Shown in pieces: positions 39,244 through 49,116 of a stretch of 64,000 nucleotides of DNA. The notes beneath the pieces were generated by a model that worked only from the letters and a program-made list of their open reading frames with translations, did not search any database and was not told the DNA's origin. The stretch covers positions 40,077 to 104,076 of the forward strand of contig MGQB01000030.1 of the NCBI GenBank assembly GCA_001797675.1, given 5' to 3'. The stretch is from Deltaproteobacteria bacterium RBG_13_43_22. Lineage in GTDB: Bacteria > Desulfobacterota > RBG-13-43-22. The position numbers and the translations under genes were made by a program. The first letter of the stretch is position 1. Every line of letters begins with the position of its first letter.

Positions 39244-39567
39244 CTTTACCCCCTTCGCCGAAGCTGCCGCCTAATAGAATAAATCCTCTCTTTAGTTATG
39301 AATTGACCTCCCCGCTTTTGCAGGAATACGAGAACGTTCCCGATCAAAGGGAACCATACCGACTAAAGAATCCCCAGGTCAAAGCAATAAGTAGGATGTC
39401 CCTGGATTTCAGGTGAACAACTTTGATCGGTCTTGTTTGCAAGATTCAAGACCCAACCCCGTGCTCTGCGACCCCCGTGCCCTGTTTAAAATTAAACTGG
39501 CCGGCAATCCGATTCTTGCTTTTTATTGGGTCGTTATTGATCGGAATTCATTTTAAGTGATTGAGCT

Positions 39568-41970
39568 TTATTTTCCTGTTAACCTCAATACATACCTGGC
39601 ATTCTTCTTGACAAGATCCCGGCTGAAATAGTCCGGGTGGTAGTCATTGTTGACATAGAGTTTTGTCTGATCGCAATAATATTTACTGGCCGGGATACCG
39701 GACGTTCCGGTCGGGATTACGGAAAGGGAATCATCCCAGTCAAGGAGTGAATAGATATGACGGTGGGAAGCACCGTGATAAACCTTAAAAGGATCCGTTA
39801 GCTTATATTGGTAGGGACAAACCGTATGGGATGAACCGCCGACTGAATAAGGCCCGCGGTTGAATTTAAAGATCCGATCCAGGATCTTAACCGATCCCAA
39901 GGGGTGTTCAAGCGTAAGCTGATGGATTTTTCCCCATTGCCATTTTGAGGGATCTTCCCCCATCTTTTCTTTTAACCATTTAACGGACTCTCTGAAACTC
40001 TTCTGAACAATATCATCAAAGCTTTCTTTCTTATCTTTAGTGGTGACATCATCAAACCAGATAGAATTTTTATTTTTCCATAACCGGTCTACTGAAGAGT
40101 TAATAACATGGGTGACGGGTAAAAATTCCTTTAAAAGATCATTACCCAATTCATCTCCAAAAAGGTTTTCTACAGATTTCAGATAGAAAGCCTCAAAGAG
40201 TACCGGCGCGGCTTCGTCCTTATTCAAAATACCATTCCAGGTCTGCAGGATCTCAAAACACCTAATTTCAAGACCGTTAAAATCTTTCACCTTGCTGAGA
40301 CTGTTCAGTAAATCAGGTTTAAGGTCTTCAACAAGTTTTGATTTAAAGTCGGCTTGCATTTTCCGGATGTCATCTATGGTGATTTTCGATTTTCCCTCGA
40401 GCATTTCATTTATTCTTCGAAAACGATAATCCGGTACGAACCAGGTGCTGATATAATAAGGATAGGCGTTGGTGACGGTTTTATTGTTCGCCGAAAAAAG
40501 AAAATGATTTTCAGGGTTAAAGCTGTGGGGCTGCTTTTCAAAGGGGACCAGACCTTTCCAGTCATACTCGTCGGTCCACCCGGGCATTATGGAAATACCA
40601 TCTCCCTTTTTTCTGATCGGGATTCCGGCAGTACAATATAATCCGATATTCCCCTCGGTATCGGCGTAAAGGGTATTCTGGCTGACAGACCTGAATGTTC
40701 GCATCGCGTTTTTAAAATCATCCCAGTTTCCGGCTCGATTAACCAGGTATAGGGATCGAACCTCATCACTGTCCTCATTACCTATCCAGCGCATGGAGAT
40801 CACCTGGTCCCTTATCTTCTTGATGTCGGAAACAACCGGACCGCGGTGAGTGTATTTGATCACCTTTTCAACAGTCTTCCCGTCTTTGAGTTTAATCAAT
40901 TCTTTGGTGACCTTCATTTTTTGCCATTGGCCGTTGAACTCATATTCATTCGGGTTGTCCGGGTTGATTTTTTCCAGATAAAAATCCATATCATCCAGCA
41001 TGACATTCGTAAATCCCCAGGCAATCTTTTCATTGTGTCCGGCCACGATAAAGGGTTGTCCCGGAGCCACTACCCCGGTGACATCGACTTTCCCTTCAAC
41101 ATGATGATGCATCTGGTACCAGATTCCGGGAGCGTTTAACCCTAAATGCATGTCATTGGCGAAAATGGGTTTCCCGGTTACGCTTTTTTCTCCGGAGACG
41201 GCCCAGTTGTTGCTACCATGAAACAGGGTCAACCCCATCTCTTCAATGAGCTTCCCGGCCGAAGCCAGTGAATCTAACAGATCCATTTTATTTAACCCTT
41301 GGGCAAACCGGGAAAAAATAATCTCTTTCTTGGAGGGGATATCCGGAAGGATCTCTTTCAGCCGATCTCTCCCCACCTTTTGCAGGACCTTATGAAAAAA
41401 AATCTCTGTATTCCAGGCTGTGGTAAGATCAAATGAGAAATAACCGATGACATTAAAGGAATGCTCCGGTCTCCATTCTTCGGGTTGATACCCAAGAATT
41501 GTAAATTCTATTGGAAGTTTATTCTTATGTTTCTCTATATACTGGTTGACACCGTCGGAGAAGGCCTCCGCGAGTTGAACCAAAGTTTTATCGGCTGCTT
41601 TATATAGTTTTTGAGATTTCTCCGTTATACGCAGGGCTCTCATAAGATGATCCGTACCAACCGCTTTTTCACCAACTACTTCCGATAGCCTGCCGGAGGT
41701 GAGACGCCTGATCAGGTCCATCTGAAAGAGACGATCCTGCGCCATGCAGTATCCCACGGTCCGATAAAGATCCGGTTCGTTTTTGGCATAGATGTGCGGA
41801 ACCGCATACTGATCCCGATAAACAGTCACTTCGTTTATCAATCCTTTAATCGTAACCTGGCCGTTGTAATCGGGTAAGCCTTTATGGGCCAGATAATAGA
41901 CGAAACCAACCGCTGCAACTATAACAATGATTACACCCAGTAGAACTCCTATCAATATTTTCTTCAGCAT
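39568..41970 (-). CDS. Penicillin acylase family Ntn-hydrolase (AHL/penicillin-type acylase), membrane-anchored
   Basis: About 800 aa. N-terminal TM helix LKKILIGVLLGVIIVIVAAVGFVYYL. Beta-chain nucleophile context HGSNNWAVSG. The ATG at 41970 follows GGGAGG. Confidence 0.88.
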   Translation of the reverse strand: MLKKILIGVLLGVIIVIVAAVGFVYYLAHKGLPDYNGQVTIKGLINEVTVYRDQYAVPHIYAKNEPDLYRTVGYCMAQDRLFQMDLIRRLTSGRLSEVVGEKAVGTDHLMRALRITEKSQKLYKAADKTLVQLAEAFSDGVNQYIEKHKNKLPIEFTILGYQPEEWRPEHSFNVIGYFSFDLTTAWNTEIFFHKVLQKVGRDRLKEILPDIPSKKEIIFSRFAQGLNKMDLLDSLASAGKLIEEMGLTLFHGSNNWAVSGEKSVTGKPIFANDMHLGLNAPGIWYQMHHHVEGKVDVTGVVAPGQPFIVAGHNEKIAWGFTNVMLDDMDFYLEKINPDNPNEYEFNGQWQKMKVTKELIKLKDGKTVEKVIKYTHRGPVVSDIKKIRDQVISMRWIGNEDSDEVRSLYLVNRAGNWDDFKNAMRTFRSVSQNTLYADTEGNIGLYCTAGIPIRKKGDGISIMPGWTDEYDWKGLVPFEKQPHSFNPENHFLFSANNKTVTNAYPYYISTWFVPDYRFRRINEMLEGKSKITIDDIRKMQADFKSKLVEDLKPDLLNSLSKVKDFNGLEIRCFEILQTWNGILNKDEAAPVLFEAFYLKSVENLFGDELGNDLLKEFLPVTHVINSSVDRLWKNKNSIWFDDVTTKDKKESFDDIVQKSFRESVKWLKEKMGEDPSKWQWGKIHQLTLEHPLGSVKILDRIFKFNRGPYSVGGSSHTVCPYQYKLTDPFKVYHGASHRHIYSLLDWDDSLSVIPTGTSGIPASKYYCDQTKLYVNNDYHPDYFSRDLVKKNARYVLRLTGK

Positions 41971-42703
41971 CGTTTTCTTACCTCCCTGGTCCATGGGTTA
42001 ATTTTATTCAAATGAGTTAATATTATTCAAGACTTTCCTTCCCTTAATCAATTTCGACCGGGTAAAAGTTTAAAAATCCGAGGAAATCGGTATGGTTTAT
42101 GATTATGGGGCCAAGGATCATTTCAAGGGTAAAATGGTTTGCATCGGTATGGATAGGCATAAACTCTCCTGACGGATTACTCCCCTTCTTTCGGATCTGG
42201 TTAAATACAAAGACCCCACCTCTCTTTTGAGAAATGGGGTCTTTTATTCTTCCATCAACACTCCTTTGAGTAAGGCTTGTCAAAAAGAACGCCCGGTTAA
42301 TTCATAACCATTTTCGTATCTTTAAATTGACAAAAAGTCAACTAAATACAAGTCCTCTTCGTTGATTACCCTTTGACCTTCGCCCATGACCAATAAGGAC
42401 CCGTGAACCTGGACAGCGAGCGCATTCCCCGTCACGCCGTTGGCGTGATTGTGTGGGTTGGCGAGCGAACTATCAAAATAGACATTTTCCTTGCCTGGAA
42501 GATTCTTTGCACCTTGGTTCAGGGAGCTTCAATCCAAATTTGGACCCCTTGGCCTATTCCCCTTGTCTTTTTTTAACCGTCAACCCTGTTCATTCCGTTA
42601 AGAAGAGCCCTTTTTCTTTTGGATTGACTTTAACCGTCTGTTATGGTTTAAAAAAGATGAAAGCCAATAGCCATCAACATAAGCCTTTTCTCTAAATTTT
42701 TTT

Positions 42704-42734
42704 CTGAAAGCTGAACGCTAATCGCTGAAAGCTC
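42704..42734. repeat. CTGAAAGCTGAA-type tandem units (second locus)
   Basis: CTGAAAGCTGAACGCTAATCGCTGAAAGCTC. Same unit as 10521-10570. Confidence 0.5.
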
Positions 42735-42979
42735 TCCTACCCGAAAGGCTGGTCCATGAAGCAGTCCAATAAGACCCCATCTTTCTGAAAAGAGAGGGGG
42801 GGTTTGTTTTGGGATGGATGATAAAAGGGAGTTCAAAGATTGGGTTAAATCAAAAACTGTTGGCCAAATGGGCCAATAAGTTGTTTCGGTACAATGGTGG
42901 AACTAAGAGTCAAGAGCAGATCTGACCCCATCTGACCTATCTGCTCAGTGCATTTAATAAAATAAAAGGAGAAATTAAG

Positions 42980-44521
42980 ATGATAAAAACAGTAGAACAG
43001 TATCTTGAAAGTTTGAATGACGGACGGGAAGTCTGGTGCCTGGGAGAAAGGGTAGCCGATGTCCGGACCCACCCGACGGTGAGCACTATCATCAGGACGG
43101 CGAGCATGGACTATGTCCTGCCCAACCATCCGGATTATCGGGACCTCTTTGTGACCCAGAATGAGGACGGCGAAGATATCAATTTTTTGCTGACCTCGCC
43201 GAAAACGCCTGAAGACCTTCTTCGCCGACGGGAATGCTATACGGTCGGAATCCGATCCGGCGGTGGCGTGATTGTGCATTGCATGGGCGCCGATGCCCTG
43301 GCCGCTTTTAGCGTGGCCGCCCAGGTCATGGACAGCAAGCTGGGGACCGGATATATGGAGCGGGTCGAGCAGTACCGCAAGCATCTGCAAAGGAACGACC
43401 TGGCCATCACCGGCGCCATTACCGATGTGAAGGGGGACAGAAGCCTTCATCCCTCCAAGCAGAAACAGCACCAGGACTTTTACCTGAAGATCGTAGATCG
43501 GCAGAAGGATGGCATCGTGGTTCGGGGGGCCAAGGTGCATATCAGCGCCTCTCCCTGCGCCAATGAACTGCTCTGCCTGCCCTGCCGGACCCATGGGGAA
43601 GCGGACAAAGATTATGCCCTGGGCTTTGCCGTACCCGTCAATACGCCCGGGGTCAAGCTTTTAGGGGTTGAGCCGAATGTACGGCTCTACGGTGAGGAAT
43701 GTGAATTCGATTATCCCATGTCGGACCACATGCAGCCTTCGGAATCGTTGATCATCTTCGATAACGTTTTTGTGCCATGGGAACGGGTTTTCATGTGCGG
43801 CGAGTGGGAGTACTCCCAAATCCTGGCCTATGCCTTCGCCAGTTATCACCGCCTCTTCGGCACCTGCAAGATGACGGGAACCCTCGAGACCATGACCGGG
43901 GCGGCGAGTCTGATCGCTGAATATAACGGCGTCCAGAATGCCCCGCACGTCCGGAAAAAACTGGCCTGGATGGCCATGATCACCGAAACGGTGCAAATGC
44001 TGGGGAAACAGGCCTGCATGGATCCGGTTACCGAATTCGGGATGGATGTGATGATGCCCAACCGGATGGCCATCAATGCCTCGAAGTTCACCTATGCCAG
44101 CAATTTTCACCAGATGGTCCAGCATATGCAGGATATCGGGGGCGGATTGACCACCACGGTGCCGGCCTTCCGGGATTGGAAAAATCCGGCCATACAGCCC
44201 TACATCGAAAAATATCTCGCGGCCAAAGACGGTGTGGCCACGGAGGACCGGATCCGCATATTGCGGCTCATCAAGGACGTAACCGGGAATCACTGGGAGG
44301 TCGACACCATTCACGGCGAAGGATCCATGGCCGCTCAGGAGATGTTTCTCTATACCAGCGCCGACTGGAAAAGATTCCAGGCGGCGGCCAAACGGGCGGC
44401 CCGGGTCGACGGGTGGCAGGACCATCCCCTCTATGGAAAGCTTCCTCTGCGAACGGATTTCGTTAAAATGCCCGCTATTGATGATTCCTATGAAAGCATC
44501 GCCCTGACGGCAAAGAAATAA
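42980..44521 (+). CDS. 4-hydroxybutyryl-CoA dehydratase / vinylacetyl-CoA isomerase family protein (AbfD/HpaB superfamily)
   Basis: 513 aa with DGIVVRGAKVHIS, EADKDYALGFAVP, IIFDNVFVPWERVF, YHRLFGTCK and AEYNGVQNAPHVRKKL blocks typical of AbfD-like proteins. Confidence 0.85.
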   Translation: MIKTVEQYLESLNDGREVWCLGERVADVRTHPTVSTIIRTASMDYVLPNHPDYRDLFVTQNEDGEDINFLLTSPKTPEDLLRRRECYTVGIRSGGGVIVHCMGADALAAFSVAAQVMDSKLGTGYMERVEQYRKHLQRNDLAITGAITDVKGDRSLHPSKQKQHQDFYLKIVDRQKDGIVVRGAKVHISASPCANELLCLPCRTHGEADKDYALGFAVPVNTPGVKLLGVEPNVRLYGEECEFDYPMSDHMQPSESLIIFDNVFVPWERVFMCGEWEYSQILAYAFASYHRLFGTCKMTGTLETMTGAASLIAEYNGVQNAPHVRKKLAWMAMITETVQMLGKQACMDPVTEFGMDVMMPNRMAINASKFTYASNFHQMVQHMQDIGGGLTTTVPAFRDWKNPAIQPYIEKYLAAKDGVATEDRIRILRLIKDVTGNHWEVDTIHGEGSMAAQEMFLYTSADWKRFQAAAKRAARVDGWQDHPLYGKLPLRTDFVKMPAIDDSYESIALTAKK

Positions 44522-44531
44522 CCCACACTAG

Positions 44532-44554
44532 GCCCGGGGAAACTTTCCCCGGGC
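44532..44554. terminator. Perfect palindromic hairpin between convergent genes
   Basis: GCCCGGGGAAA-C-TTTCCCCGGGC starts 11 nt after the AbfD-like stop. No clear U-tract. Confidence 0.5.
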
Positions 44555-44875
44555 ATCACCTATTCTACGGACTCCTTTGGGGAGATTATCCAAAATTTTT
44601 TTCTCTGTGTATAAAGGGATCTACTTTACCATAGGAAAATTATTAACTGTCAGATACGGATCGTTCCCTCCAACGTAATAAAGGGATGACCTTAAATATA
44701 CAAATAACTCACGCCTTCAATTGGGTACCCAATTCCTTTCCTTTTCTTTGGGAATTCAAATCTTCTGCGTGGTCCGACCCTCCACGGAGCATTTCCTTCG
44801 GACCAGAATCCATCATATATGTCAAACGGAAAATTGACTCCTTCTCCCTTCTTGACCCTTTCTCCCCTTCTTTCG

Positions 44876-45709
44876 CTAATACTTCGCCTGGCTGATTTTA
44901 TCGATTTTGACGAAATCGGTCATTTCTTTCCACAAAGACGCATCCGCGTAAGACGGCCAGTCATTATGGCCCGCCCCCCTGATGACCCACATCCGCTTTT
45001 TTCCTTCGGGCAGAGACTGAAATAAGTTGTGGCCGTGTTTGATGGGCAGGATTTCGTCCCGCTCCGAGCCGACCACGGAAATTTTTCCTTTAAACGTTTG
45101 AAGATTGCCGATGTTGTCATACTTATCGGTAAGCAGCAGGGTCACCGGCAGAAAGGGAAACAGGGATTTGGCGACGGCGGCCAGCGTATCCCAGGGCGTA
45201 ATTAATAGGATGCCGGCGATGGGAACTGAGGTTTGTCTGGCGACAGCGGCGGCAACGCCGCAGCCCAGCGATTCCCCCAGAAGATAAAGCGGCTCACCGT
45301 ATTGCTCATAAGCCAATCGCACCGTTTCCAGTCCGTCGGCGACAAACGGTTTTTCTCCCACTTTTCCGGGGCGCCCCCCGTATTTCGGATATTCGGCCAA
45401 AACGACCCGGAAACCCAGTTCCATAAGAGACTTTAAATAGAATCCTCTGTCGAAGGCGGTGCCGCCGTTGCCGTGAAAAACAACAATGGTCCCATTGGGT
45501 GCGGGCGCGTCACGGTCAGCGATTAACCCCCGATAATCCGCAGACGTGGTTGGCCAAAGCTTCATGTTTTCAGCGGCCAGTAATTTCGCGGACGGGAATT
45601 CCGAACTGGGGAAATACAGAAATTTATTCTGCATATTACAACCTCCCAAAGACATTGCTGCCACAACAAAAAGCAATGTTCCTCTTACTCTGCGAATCTT
45701 CTTTTCCAT
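44876..45709 (-). CDS. Alpha/beta hydrolase lipoprotein (Bem46/ABHD13-like)
   Basis: Lipobox MSLGGC, HGNGG, nucleophile elbow GESLGC, GAGHND. Paralogous in pattern to 24477-25289. Confidence 0.8.
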   Translation of the reverse strand: MEKKIRRVRGTLLFVVAAMSLGGCNMQNKFLYFPSSEFPSAKLLAAENMKLWPTTSADYRGLIADRDAPAPNGTIVVFHGNGGTAFDRGFYLKSLMELGFRVVLAEYPKYGGRPGKVGEKPFVADGLETVRLAYEQYGEPLYLLGESLGCGVAAAVARQTSVPIAGILLITPWDTLAAVAKSLFPFLPVTLLLTDKYDNIGNLQTFKGKISVVGSERDEILPIKHGHNLFQSLPEGKKRMWVIRGAGHNDWPSYADASLWKEMTDFVKIDKISQAKY

Positions 45710-46020
45710 TTAGCTCTGTTATTAAGCGTCTCAAAATAATATTGACCAAAATGAACCGGAAGGTCTTATTTTGGGGGTTGTCCACCCAGAAGCATTAAGC
45801 TTCTTTGCCGGGCCAAATATTTTAACTATTTCAGAAGCAGGCCTTCACCTAAGCTCGAAATCCCGCCGGCGGCGGGACTGGACTGGCCGGGATTCTTCGC
45901 ATTAAAGGCCATGCTCAGTCCCACTCCTTCGGAGTGGGTCCCGGTTTGGGCGAAAAGTTACCCTTTGGACAATCCCTAAGAATAAGACCCTCCCGGTCCT
46001 AGCAAATACAAGCCCATCAG

Positions 46021-46064
46021 TTCGATCATATTTTATATGCAACTTCGAGGGGAACTTAGGCAAT
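46021..46064. mobile_element. Solo right-end fragment of the MITE-like element
   Basis: TTCGATCATATTTTATATGCAACTTCGAGGGGAACTTAGGCAAT resembles 57657-57700. It overlaps the last codons and stop of the CoA-transferase gene. Confidence 0.5.
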
Positions 46065-47339
46065 GGTACCATCTTCCTGAAAAACGGCGATATCATCCCA
46101 GGTATAACCATGCTCAAGCAGCACCTCTTCCGTATGCTGGCCGAACTCCGGGGCCGGCATACGGACCGAGGCCGGGGTCTTGCTCATCTTCACCGGGTTG
46201 GCCAGTTGTTCAATCAGACCAAGCTCGGGATGTTCATAGGAGACTAAGCATTCATTTTCCCTGGTCTGAATATCTCTAACCGCCTCCAGCAGGGTTTGAT
46301 TAGGCGCATAGGGTATTCCATCAAGCAGGGGAATCCATTCCTCAAGGGTCTTGGTGACAAATATTTCAGCAAAAGCTTGACGCAAAGCCACAACGTCTTC
46401 AGCCCGTCCTTCAATCGTATCGTATTTGGAATTTTTGGTTAAATCCTCCCTTCCAACAGCCATGCAGAACTTTACCCAATAGCGGTCCGGTTGCAGGACA
46501 ACAAAAAGCAGGGAGCGCATGTCCTTGGTCAAGTACGTGCCGGTCAGGGGACTTTTTGTCCTGGCCGCGTAAAAAGCTACTATCTGGGCGATGACCGCCA
46601 TGGATTGCTGCTGCAATTCCAAAGGTGGTTCTTCCCGCCAGTCCTTGATGTCCTTTCCGGTGATCAGGGCCCCGGAAACATCAAAAGACAGCTGGTAGAG
46701 ACCGGTATGGAGTAATGAAACATCCACCGCCTGGCCGACACCGGTTTTTTCCCGGACATAGAGGGCCTGCACTATCCCATAGGCCAGGGCCAGTCCGGCA
46801 ACGGTATCGCCAAAGGCCGGCCGGTAGGCAATGCAGGGAACCCCAGGCATAGAAAACAGGGAGTGAATCCCGCCACGGGCCCAATAGGCGGTTGTATCAT
46901 AAGCCGGATGATCCTTTTCCGGTCCTTTTTTACCATATCCGGTGATATTGCCCCAGATCAGTCGGGGATTTATCTTGCCCAGGGTCTCGTAATCCAGTTT
47001 GAACCTTTCCAGCTCAAAGGGTCTAAGATTGCTAAGGAAAACATCAGCCTGGGCAACCATTTTATACATAATGGCCCGGCCGTTTTCAGTATAAAGGTTA
47101 AGGGTAATGCTCCGTTTGTTGCGGTTAAACTGCTCCCAGTTGTAATTAAAATCGGAAGGACAGGCACCACCTCCTGAATCCGTCTGGGCTTCCTGAAAAC
47201 CCCGCCAAAAATCACCGGTTACCGGGTGCTCGATATGTATAACGTCCGCCCCGAAATCGCCGAGGTGACGGGCGGCCATCGGTACGGCTGCCACCTGTGA
47301 GCAATCAATAACTTTAATCCCTTCAAGCGCCATTACCAT
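46056..47339 (-). CDS. Family III (CaiB/BaiF) CoA-transferase
   Basis: GIKVIDCSQVAAVPMAARHLGDFGADVIHIEHPVTGD N-terminal signature; 427 aa. Confidence 0.88.
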   Translation of the reverse strand: MVMALEGIKVIDCSQVAAVPMAARHLGDFGADVIHIEHPVTGDFWRGFQEAQTDSGGGACPSDFNYNWEQFNRNKRSITLNLYTENGRAIMYKMVAQADVFLSNLRPFELERFKLDYETLGKINPRLIWGNITGYGKKGPEKDHPAYDTTAYWARGGIHSLFSMPGVPCIAYRPAFGDTVAGLALAYGIVQALYVREKTGVGQAVDVSLLHTGLYQLSFDVSGALITGKDIKDWREEPPLELQQQSMAVIAQIVAFYAARTKSPLTGTYLTKDMRSLLFVVLQPDRYWVKFCMAVGREDLTKNSKYDTIEGRAEDVVALRQAFAEIFVTKTLEEWIPLLDGIPYAPNQTLLEAVRDIQTRENECLVSYEHPELGLIEQLANPVKMSKTPASVRMPAPEFGQHTEEVLLEHGYTWDDIAVFQEDGTIA

Positions 47340-47641
47340 TTTTTCCCCCTTTTATGGATGTTATTAAATTATAAAGATATCAGAGTATTTTTTTCTAACG
47401 CTGGACAATAATTATTGAAGCGATTAAAGATTGTCAACAATCCCCCATAAACGGATTTGTTTACTGTTATTTCTATCCAGGTAGGTTCCCTTTATCAATG
47501 GCCATTTTTTTAATCTCTGCTTTAAGGTTAAATGGGACTTCTTGAAATACTTCAAGGCATTTCTGAGATGACCATTGTCGGATTTCCTGAGCCAAGACAA
47601 CCTATATCATTTTTGATAAGAATTTTCCTTCTGACGGAAAG

Positions 47642-47670
47642 AGTATAAGGAAAGAAAAAGATATGGTCAA
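47642..47670 (-). promoter_or_regulatory. Promoter cassette copy b: TTGACC-ATATCTTTTTCTTTCCT-TATACT
   Basis: Read on the minus strand, about 300 nt upstream of the CoA-transferase start. The -35 hexamer is also one arm of the 10-nt inverted repeat GGTCAAACAG (47665-47674) / CTGTTTGACC (47711-47720). Confidence 0.5.
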
Positions 47671-48324
47671 ACAGAAAAAAAGGGATGGAAAAGACAAAGG
47701 GGGCGGGTCTCTGTTTGACCTATATTCAAGACTTTCTTTCGATCCATGATCAACAGACAACCATTTCGACCTTCATAAATTCAAGCCGAAATTCGTCCGC
47801 GGTTCATGACACGATGCCAGGCCCCCTCATATTCTATCTTCAGTGGTCTGCTTTACCCCCCCTTCCCGAAGGCGCTTTCAAAAGTCAAACAGAGTTTTTA
47901 TCTTTTAATCAGGCCAGTTCCAAAAATCAATTCAACACCAACATCCCCCTTTACATTTATTATTTTTAGGAATATCTTCCGATTGACGAAATCTTCAGGA
48001 GACGTTACTATAAAAACGGTCATAGCGAACTCCAGCCGACGGCGGGATTCATACTGATTAAGGATATGAGCGGCATAGCAATTCATCCGGTTAAATAGAA
48101 AAACACGATTTGGAATGACATGATCTTCTGAAAAGAAGGCAAGAATTAAGGTAAATTATTAGCCTCCCTTATTGGAAAGGGCAGGGCCGATCTAAGGCAT
48201 CATTCCATCCAGGATCGTTTCCTTAAAGCTTGGTCTTAATGAAGAAATATTGCCATCGTCCGAATATTGAGCTACGATAATATATTTTTTTAAATTCGCA
48301 GATAAATTCCAAAGAGGAAATCAC

Positions 48325-49116
48325 ATGGAGAAAAAGAATAACCTGATTGTGGTCAAAAAGGGTCCCATCTGTACCCTGACCATCAACAACCCTGAGAAAC
48401 GCAATGCCCTGAACCCGGACTGTCTTTTTGACATCGCTCAAACCTTTGAGGATCTTGCCCGTGATGAAAAAATACGAGGGGTGATACTTCGGGGGGCCGG
48501 ACAAGAGGCCTTTTCCGCGGGGGCGGATATTATGGCCATGCCGACCAGGGATTCGGTCGGGATCAAAGCCGCCCGAGGGGACTCGACTATGGCTTCAGAG
48601 GCCATCCAAAGGTTCCCCTTTCCGGTTATCGCCATGCTTTACGGATATACCCTGGGAGCGGGCTGCGTCCTGGCTATGTCCTGTGATATCCGGATTGCTT
48701 CCGACAACGTGAAGATGGGAATCCCAACCTCCCGGATGGGATTACTTTCAAGTTACCGAGGATTTAAACGTTTTTCAACCGTCCTCGGATACAATACGGC
48801 CCTGGAAATATTCCTGACCGGCCGACACTATGACAGTCGGGATTGTCTGATGATGGGGTTGGTCAATCATCTGGTGGATCATGATCAATTGGAAAACTAC
48901 ACCTACCGACTGGCGGAGGAGATCACCCAATGCGCCCCGCTTTCCCTTCGCGGATCAAAATATATTCTTAATCGAATAGCCGAAAATCCCATCCCTTCTT
49001 CCGAAGATCGTGAGACCTTCCGTACTCTCAGGTTGCAAGCCGCAGCCAGCCAAGACCATGAAGAAGCTAAAAAGGCCTTCAAAGAAAAAAGAAAGCCCCA
49101 ATTTACAGGCATATAA
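48325..49116 (+). CDS. Enoyl-CoA hydratase/isomerase (crotonase) family protein
   Basis: TINNPEKRNAL, FSAGADI and YGYTLGAGCVLAMSCDIRIA motifs. Confidence 0.9.
   Translation: MEKKNNLIVVKKGPICTLTINNPEKRNALNPDCLFDIAQTFEDLARDEKIRGVILRGAGQEAFSAGADIMAMPTRDSVGIKAARGDSTMASEAIQRFPFPVIAMLYGYTLGAGCVLAMSCDIRIASDNVKMGIPTSRMGLLSSYRGFKRFSTVLGYNTALEIFLTGRHYDSRDCLMMGLVNHLVDHDQLENYTYRLAEEITQCAPLSLRGSKYILNRIAENPIPSSEDRETFRTLRLQAAASQDHEEAKKAFKEKRKPQFTGI

Noticed and set aside
42044-42283. A 79-aa ORF upstream of the acylase gene.
   Set aside because: The full ORF starts at a TTG inside a promoter-like TTGACA and has no homology pattern. Only the inner 38-codon version, which has a Shine-Dalgarno sequence, is mentioned as a possibility in the findings.
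42496-42511. A sigma54-like element, TGGAAG-N5-TTGCA, with correct GG/GC spacing.
   Set aside because: The -24 box is degenerate. It sits about 470 nt upstream of the nearest plus-strand gene, and no enhancer-binding protein is encoded in the window. The evidence is too weak to annotate.
43033-43045. A 13-nt match (CTGGTGCCTGGGA) to the reverse complement of the tRNA-Leu 3' end (30051-30063), considered as a possible island att site.
   Set aside because: It lies inside the AbfD-like coding sequence (codons for EVWCLGE) and is in inverted rather than direct orientation. No integrase is present, so I treat it as chance.
47685-48086. ORFs inside the 985-nt gap (47685-47969, 47806-48057, 47898-48086).
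   Set aside because: They are mutually overlapping and lack ribosome-binding sites, and their compositionally odd products show no recognisable domains. They are kept only as possible gene relics.
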